This document shows positions 44,719 through 52,740 of a stretch of 52,740 bases of DNA, piece after piece. The notes beneath the pieces are model-generated. The model did no database searches, had not been told where the DNA came from, and saw only the letters and a program-made list of their open reading frames with translations. Numbering within the stretch: position 1 is the stretch's first letter; each line of letters begins with the position of its first letter. The position numbers and the translations under genes were made by a program. The stretch is from Psammoneis japonica (Eukaryota): the NCBI GenBank assembly GCA_008632985.1, contig QPGO01000094.1, positions 292,721 to 345,460 on the forward strand. Direction: 5' to 3'.

Positions 44719-47346
44719 CTACATATCAAACTGCTCCCCAAAGTCTTCCATGTTAAGCCCGTCCAGATCAATCGAGTCCGGGTCCACCTCCGGGGCTTCC
44801 TCTTCTTCGACAGGCGGGTCGATCTCGTCTTCAAGCTCCAAAGAAGAAAGATCCATTTGAGACTGTAGAATGCGCGTCATCCGCTTCGTGTGGGCAACGG
44901 TGTCAGTAATGGGGAAGCCTCCATTCAACAACGCCATGTCGTGCAGAATCCAAGCAGCATTCTCGAGTTCGGGAGAAACTACAAATGGTTCGGCCCCCTC
45001 TTCTTCCTTCTCAGGTGGGCATCCTTCGAGCAGCTTCAAAACGAACGGATGACGAGGGTTGATCTCGAAGATCTTCATGGCTCGCATCATGAATTCGTTC
45101 TGGGTACCAGACTGGTAGGCCTGCGCTTGCATAATCCTTTCCATATTGGCACTGTGTCCATACTCACTGTTGCTGATGATAGCCGGTGAAGTTCCGAGTC
45201 GCTTGGACACGCTTACACGCATCACCGAGTTTCCGTAGAGTTTCTTGAGCCACTTGGTCAATGGCTTAAACTTTTTGTTGTACGCCTTTTCCCTTCGTTT
45301 GGCCAGGTCCTGGTCTTCGTCCTTGAACTTGACTGATTCACTAGTGATGGATACAAACTTTTTGCCATCAAAGTCGCGCACCTGCTGGAACATGTACTCG
45401 TCCACTGGATCCGTAAGGTAGAGAACTTCCACGTCCTTCTCTTTGAACCGTTCCATGAATTGACTCTTCTCTACCTGTTCTACAGAAAGTCCGGCAATCA
45501 CATAGATCTCGTCCTGCCATTCCTTCATTCGGCCCACGTATTCTTCAAAACCAATCCATTCTCCATCCGATTTGGAGGACTGGAAACGGAGGAGTTTGGT
45601 AAGCTTGCCACGATTCGGTTCGTCCTCCATGACACCAATCTTGACAGCAGGCCCGAACTGTTTGTACCAGGCAATGTACGGAGGGTCCTTCTTTTCTGGC
45701 TCGGTTTCAATGACATTTCCGTCAGCATCAACTTCTGCCTCTGCCGTCTCATCCTCGGCCGGTGCCTCTTCTTTTGATAAATCACGAATCATCTCGATAG
45801 CCTTTCGTACCAGCTTTTTCTTGATAACTTGAACAATCTTGCTCTCTTGCAATGTTTCGCGATTGACGTTGAGTGGAAGATCTTCAGAGTCCACAACACC
45901 CTTGATGAAGGAAAGGTAGCTAGGCATGAGATCAAACTCATCAGAGATGAGAACTTTACGGACGTAGAGCTTGAGCCCGCCCTTGGGTGGAGTCATACTT
46001 CCAAAGCGAAAGGACTGCGGTGGTTCTTCCGGAAGATAGAGGATTGACTTGAAGTTGATGTTACCCTCGGCGTTGAAATGAGTCCACCGGGTAGCATTCG
46101 AATACGTTTCTTTGGAAACAACCTTCCAAAATGCTTGATACTCTTCTTCGGTGATGCTGTCCTTGTCTCTCGTCCAGATAGCGGGGTTGTCGTTCACAAC
46201 ATCCCAGGAGTGAGTCACGACCTCTTCTGTCTTTTTCTCCTTTTCTGGTTCCTCTCCATCCTCGGCTTCATCTTCGTCGCTAATCTCCAAATCATCCTTA
46301 TCTTCGGCAGCGTCCTTTTCTTCCGCATCATCGGAGACATCCTCTTCGTCTTCATCCACCTCAACAGTCTCGGTCTTGGTCGTCCTGAGATAAATCGGGT
46401 GAGTCACAAACTCAGAGTAGTGCTTTGTCAACTCCTCCAGACGGTTTGCATCAGCATATCTAAAAAAGAAGAAATAAAACAAAATGTTATGAGAAACGCC
46501 ATCAAACTCTTTTCATGTTTCGCAAGAGTCACATTACTTACTCTGTGCAATCTTCCTTGAGATGAAGCGTAATTTCCGTACCTCGACCAAGAGTGTTTCC
46601 CCGAGGGTCCTCGTAAATGTGGAATTCACTTTGTCCATTGAGACTCTCCCAAACGTGCTGCTTGTCGTCCTTGGGGTGCTTTGACGCAACCGAGACGCGA
46701 TCCGCCACCAAAAAGGCGGAATAAAAGCCCACACCAAACTGTCCAATCATGTTCATATCAGCCATACCCTCATCGAGTGCTTCAATAAACTTGGTAGTAC
46801 CACTGCGAGCCACAGTTCCTAGATTCTGAACCAAATCATCATGAGTCATACCAATACCCGAATCCCTCACCGTCAGCGTCTTGGCGTCCTTATCGTACTC
46901 GATACGAACCTCAAGCTCTGGCTTGTCGGCGAGCATTTCTGGTTTCGTCAGCCCCATGAATCGGAGCTTATCGAGCGCGTCAGAGGCGTTACTGATGAGT
47001 TCGCGGAGAAAAACGTCCTTGTTCTGGTAGAGACTGTTCACGACAATGTCCAGCATTCTGTGGACCTCAGCCTCAAACTGAAAGGCTTCTGCGCCTTGTG
47101 GGGGAGTGTAACTGTCGGATGCGACGGCTTCTTCTGCTCTTGCAATGCCTATTATTCATACACAACAACAAACGTCAGCACATTATGAGAACCCCAAACC
47201 GGTCATTGTCCTCGCTCTCAGTGCTTGATCTGATTCTGAAAACATTCTGCTCGTACTCTCTCTCACTTTTACTCACCATTGCTCCCTGAAAAGACACTCA
47301 AAGCCAATATGGCTGTAGTGCCAACTGCCAGTTTAAGCAGCTGCAT
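44719..47346 (-). CDS. HSP90B1: ER-type Hsp90 (endoplasmin/GRP94)
   Basis: Exons 47346-47277 (signal peptide [19 protein letters not shown]), 47148-46542, 46459-44719. [77 protein letters not shown]. Confidence 0.94.
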
Positions 47347-47854
47347 GACCGACCGTTCTTGTTGATGACAATCGCAATGCGTTGGAGGTTGTGATTTATG
47401 GATGCAAATGGAAGATCAGTCGGTCTCCAAATCTTTGCAGAATGTCTGGCCAAACGCGGTTCGTGACCGCGAATCGATTTTTTACTGGCGAATTCGTAGA
47501 TTCTACGCATCGTGAAATTGTGGTAGTTGGTGCGTACGTGCAAATCAACACACAGCTATACTTACACGTCAGTATTAATATAATTCATATTATTTATTTT
47601 CCTTCCTGAATATAATTTTGCGCGGGAAAGACCGTTTCCGTTTTTACTGTCTTCTCAAGTATGAAAGTGTGTATGTATAAAACATACCAATGACTACGTA
47701 TAGAGCAACATACCGTTTTGCGATGGCTCCAAGTCTTTTTCGTGATCGCATCCTCTTTTCTCGCAATGGCCGAGAGTTGTAGTAGTAGATAGAAGGCTAT
47801 CTCCGAGTATTCGACACCACGCAAACTAGTACCCCAATCTAATCTATTCACAAA

Positions 47855-50180
47855 ATGAGGCTATTGTTTCTTGCTTTGACTGCCCATGTGGCTCATTCGG
47901 TTTCGACAAGCGGACCTGTCAAGCAAGCGTCGGCTCGTCGAAGAGCTCAATCACAACGTCGACAGCAAGTCATGAAGAAGAGTCAAGCACGAAATTACAG
48001 ATTACTGTCTTCGGAAGAGATTCGCAATCGCCTACTGGAGTGGAAAGATTCGTATCCAGACTTGTGTCACGTCACCACCTCTCAGGAAGCTTATGGACTC
48101 CCAGCTGCCGGTGATGCTTCGGATTGTCCCTTTGACGATGGGCCGGGATGTAAGAATTACATATTGACTATCCAAGACTTTGTCGCCCACCCCGAGGGAT
48201 CCGATTCTTCGAATAGGTTACCCGAAGTTTTCCTAAGTGGCCTTTTACATGGCAACGAGAGGGTTGGACCAACGGCTGTGGTAGAGTCTGCAACTCTTCT
48301 TCTCGAAGCTGCTTCCTGTGAAGCCAAGCCAAACTTGTCCAAGAAACCAACCTCAGATGATTCGAGTCTGGCCTGGGAAAAGGAATTAGCTCAAGCGCAC
48401 GCATGCCGTGAATCTCTACGCATCAATAAAGGTGTAGATGACAAACATCGAAAGTGGCTTGCCCGATTAGTCACAACACGAAGAATCGTAATCGTGCCGA
48501 CTTCGAATGCGCTGGGTTATTACAGAGACGAACGGGAAGAAGACGGAGTCGACCCAAACAGGGACTTTCCCTATGATTTGAAAAATCCTAAAAAGTGCAT
48601 GCAGTCCATTGCCGCGCGCACCCTGAATGAGATTTTCCGCGAGCACATGTTTCAATTGAGTCTGACCTTTCATGGAGGTACGTACTTGTTGTCATTTGAT
48701 CAAGAAGCGAAAATCGATTTTGTGATTGATGCTCATTGTTCTTTTCATTTTTTAACAACAAGGCATGGAGGTGGTTGCGTACGAATGGGGCGCACCTACA
48801 TATCTAAACTTTTTAAGTCCAGACGACGAAGCTCAAAGCCAAATTGCACACGCGTACAGTCAATACGGCGGTGGGTGGCCAGGCACAAGGTCCTATGATG
48901 TGGGCACCATGAACGATTTGGTGTATTATGTTCGCGGAGGATTTGAGGATTTTGCTTATGCGGGATCGTGGGACCCCGACCGTGTCATACCCTGCACCCC
49001 AACCACCTTTGGCGGGTACGACCGCAAAAAGACAATATACAACAAGTCCACTTTGCGTGTGTTCAATATGCTAATTGAAACAAGCGACGACAAGAATCCG
49101 CCGAGCCAGATACTGGGTACTAGTTTAGATGTGTTGGATGCCGACACGACAGGAAACGGACACGTGTCGCGCAACATTCGCCTTTCCCTTTTAGCGGCGG
49201 AAATGGTTGAACCCTACGTTTCTTTGCTTGGAACTGACGACTTGTTGCTGACGGATGATGTAGTCCCACTTGGTGATCGTGGAGACAAGGTATGTCAGGA
49301 CATTAAAACAATCATGATTTCAAAAGATACAAAAGAGACAACAGTTTATTGGACGGTGGGTGGATCAATGACGATTGACGACACATCCGTTTGGTACGGC
49401 AAGTGGGATGACCTGCCCCACGATTCATCTATTGGTTGTATGGGGCAGCCAGATGTGAATGTTGTACAAAAGTCACTCAACAAGGGTACTCCAATCACCA
49501 GTCAAAAAGGATCTGGAAGGTTTTCAAAAGATGGAGCGCAGCCCAGCACCGAGCTAGGAACGAACAACTCTTCCCAGCTCGGTCCAGTCTTTGCTGCTAC
49601 CATTGACACGTCTCAATTTCAGCCACACGACCGAATCGTTGTTATTGCAGTAGCCCGCGTCGACCAAACATGGAAGAACCAGCCAGATGATATCTCACCA
49701 AATATTCCACCACAAAGTCATATTGTGAATGCTAGAACAAATCCTGACTGGAAACATAAGAGCGCTGGAAAGATTCTGCAAGGAAGACTCGATTGGTATT
49801 CCATTCCACTTACGGTTGTTATAGGTGATGGCATTGGGCATGAAGTGGGTGCATTCGAAGTCTCAAACAGACTTATTGCTATTGACTCAGACATTGTGGA
49901 CGTAGTAGACCAGGGGTCGCCAGTGGATGACGTTAAAAGTGATGATGCAACGGATTCAGGTTGGTCGCAGGGTGGCATTATACTCGTTGCACTATCATTT
50001 ACGGGATTCGCATGCATTATACTCGTCAAGAAACGGCGAAGATTCCGGCATCGTCCTTTGGTAGTGAGCGAGTATGAGGAGGGGTATTTTGAGGGTGCGA
50101 AACAGTACACCGACAAAGTCGATGATGAGAATGGCGAAAAGAATGAGGCGGGAGATTTAGAGCTAATGGAATACGCATAA
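47855..50180 (+). CDS. Secreted/membrane-anchored zinc carboxypeptidase (M14 family)
   Basis: Signal peptide; GLLHGNERVG (HxxE), DPNRDFPYD, LTFHGG; intron 48678-48762; C-terminal TM GGIILVALSFTGFACIILV followed by KKRRR. Confidence 0.88.
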
Positions 50181-50259
50181 TTTTTAGATTGCGTCATTTC
50201 ATGTCTATGGTCACTCTCTAGAGAGGGCGAGAGTTTGTAACATCTGGTAGAATTTAGAT

Positions 50260-52317
50260 GAAAAGGAAAAAAGAGCCCAAAGAGCCAATTGCAACAACTT
50301 CCAACGAGCAATCGTGCAACTCACAGGAACAATGTGTCACTTGACTGACGTTCAATCGTGTGACACAAGTGCAAGCACCGCCCTGTCATTTTTTCCTGTG
50401 AACATCCAAAGATTTGCTCAGAGCCGGTCTTTTTCTTTGTTGGCTGTGCCGCTGCAGTGAGATGATGTTTTGTCATCAATTCATGACCCCCGTGTCCCAC
50501 CAGCATGCTTTTTTTTGTTCAGCAGTGGTGAAAGAGCTCTTTCCTGTTTTTTCATCCTTTCACCCCCCACGGGCACTGTTTCTAAGTTGGGGTGACTCAA
50601 GATTTTGGCTTGAGCACACTTTGGTGCTGATGTTGGGGCTCTCAGTCTGGTGGCTTTCTTGGCTGCAGCAACAGTGTTCATTTTTTGGGTTCTCACCATG
50701 GCAGACAGCCAAGTTGCAGCAAATGTGGGCTTCTGTTTGTTGCCTGGGAAGAGGCTGCATTTGCAGCCCTCTCCAGACTGTTTGAGCCATGCTGGGTGAC
50801 AGGATTTGAACAAGATTTTAGTTTGTCACACACAATTGTGTGTGCTCTCAGTTCCGCACGCGTCGCGCGATGCAGTTTGCTTTCGAGCCACCGGCTCACA
50901 AGAATGATGACAGCAGTGCCGACATCACGACACCAGTCTTTCGGCTCCTGTGATGGTCTCTGCATGGAGACTCATCTGCTGTTTGGACAGCAGCAAGGAG
51001 TTGTTGTTTTCTTCCACCCAGTCATCTTCATTTTCTGTCAGATCAACAGTCTCGCTCATTCTCACCCACTGAGCATTCATCATCGTCATCGAGAAATTTT
51101 CGACGACGCGCACGGTTGGCGGTGGAAGTGTGTGTCCACCTTCTTCGCTGCTGGATGCTGGATTAAATCTGTGCATTTGGATTCATCCAATGCCTCCCAT
51201 CGTTGGACACATTTGTTCAACGGACATTTGTTTGGTCAGGAATTCCCAAATTCTCAGACATCCGAGATTCCGGATTCCTCATGGCAGATTCTGCCCTGGT
51301 TGGCAGACAGACCAATCCAAACGCTCACGTCCACGCGCACACGACACAAACCCTTGACTCTGGCTCCGCTCCAAGCATGCCAAGTCTGCTGCCTTGCATC
51401 CACACTGGATTGCTGGTCTTCTGCAGTCCTGCAAGGTCCACCAGGACAACTGTGAGAGGAAGCAGTTCATGATTGCAGCCTGCGTTGGGGCGAGGGTGCC
51501 TTTCCCACATTTGTTTGTCCCTCCACAGTGCCAAATTTGGCAGGCCTGATTGGGTTGTCCAACTCATGTAAAATGAGAACAGTTTGGGGGTCTTGTCCAC
51601 CTCTGGCTGGCTTGTCAGCAGGGGTTTTTAACCTGTTGCTCCATTCTCAAGCAACCCAAAATGCCGCTGGCTGCAGGTTCGGACGTGCTGGCACAACTCC
51701 GTGGACCGGATGGGAAGCTTGGCACTTGACTGCAAACGGGAAGCTTGGCACTCAACTGCAAACGGGGTGTCACAGCCTGGCGGCTTCTGACTCTTGAGAT
51801 GGTTCAAGACTTCAAGCCAAGATTCAAGTCAAGTTTCAAGTCATTTCAAACTCACCCTCCGACTCCAGCTGGTTCCGACATCCACCAGTTGCAACATGGT
51901 TCTCACCAGGCAACAACAAATTGATGGCCTTGAGCACATTCTAGGTGCTGTTCTGAGTCAAGCCACAGACAGTCCATTGTGCTCTGCCCTCAACATTGAC
52001 AGAACCGACTCGCATCAGGACCTTTTCACATTTGCTCCGATGCAACTGGATGCCCTTGTGTGTGATGATGGCACCAATCAAGTGCCCTTGCCACATGGTT
52101 GCAAAGCACAGATGGCTGCACTGATTGGCCTGCACATGGCGAAAGCACGCGGCAGCGCTGATGTCAGCAACAACCCTCAATTGTTCACACACGAGGAGTT
52201 CACCAACTGTCGTCTTAGTCCTGAGCATGTGGCGTCCCTCTCCATGGGCACAGCACCATCTGCTCCCACTCCTGGCTCATTGCCACCCAAACCACGTGAT
52301 CCCGTGCGTGACTTTAA
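50260..52317. other. Second TpA-depleted repeat domain
   Basis: Hand count of 8 TA dinucleotides in ~2.06 kb, 7 of them in TTA/TAA context. TA is common immediately outside both edges. Confidence 0.92.
51451..52317 (+). mobile_element. Truncated Ty1/Copia (CoDi-like) LTR retrotransposon: candidate 5' LTR 51451-51774 plus gag N terminus 51896-52317
   Basis: TGTGA...TCACA inverted termini; caagtttcaag-rich leader; gag-like MVLTR..LEHIL..VL....DSPL..AL...DL...FTHEEF..RLSP...DPVRDFK, broken after DFK. Family recognised by eye. Confidence 0.65.
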
Positions 52318-52324
52318 GGCACGT

Positions 52325-52401
52325 TCCCACCCTGATAATTTCGGCCGTAAAATAAATATAATTTGGCCAAATTTACGTATTTACGGGCGTCAGGCTGGGA
52401 A
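52325..52401. repeat. Imperfect AT-rich hairpin at the gag truncation point
   Basis: ttcccaccctga...ccgtaaaata...aatttggccaaatt (palindrome)...tatttacgg...tcaggctgggaa. Confidence 0.6.
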
Positions 52402-52740
52402 TGAATTCGAACAGGAAAAAAGATCAAAATCACACGTCGAGCTCGGTGAGGACGCTACTACAGCCAGAGCTGCTCTAGTACGGTAGCTAGAGACACCATT
52501 CTGGATATTATGTAGTTGAGATCACTAACCTTGTTAGTGACAATCGTTGTCCATTTTGCGATTGCTCTACACTCGAGACTCATGATAACACCAGTGATCG
52601 TCAGAAGAAAAGCATCCAATCCACGGGCATGAGGTGCAGAGAGAGCAGAAAGACAAACAATCGCAAGCAGTGCGACTACAGCATTCATCAATACTAAATG
52701 AAATTTCTACAGCATATACGGTTCTAAAAGTACTAGACTT

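Noticed and set aside
51775..51795. Primer-binding site after the candidate LTR (gccTGGcggcttc)
   Set aside because: Could not be matched confidently to a tRNA 3' end without a search, and the sequence is mutated.
52458..52691. 77-aa hydrophobic ORF at the window end
   Set aside because: Short, no family recognised, and the context is truncated.

Overview
Eukaryotic genomic DNA, most likely from a pennate diatom. This is inferred from short GT-AG introns, a plastid protein with a bipartite-type presequence, a DGDG synthase and a diatom CoDi/Copia-type gag. Gene-dense arms carry ValRS, a DUF4145/HEPN-like ORF, PEX3, NUFIP1-like, an FLVCR-like MFS transporter, Gemin2-like, FIT-like, DGD synthase, PAB, VPS34, ER HSP90 and an M14 carboxypeptidase. 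There are also broken fragments of ankyrin, MTHFR and ABC ATPase genes. The main signal is two sharply bounded repeat-derived domains (~11.5-27.95 kb and ~50.26-52.32 kb) in which the dinucleotide TpA is almost absent and CpG is variably depleted. Paired copies inside and outside the domain show TA->TG/CA as well as CG->TG/CA transitions. Surviving TA sites are mostly in TTA/TAA contexts, and fossil proteins show Tyr->His/Cys drift. This looks like a repeat/heterochromatin-directed A:T->G:C hypermutation at TpA, opposite in direction to fungal RIP. All counts are by hand and no database searches were run, so novelty is unverified.
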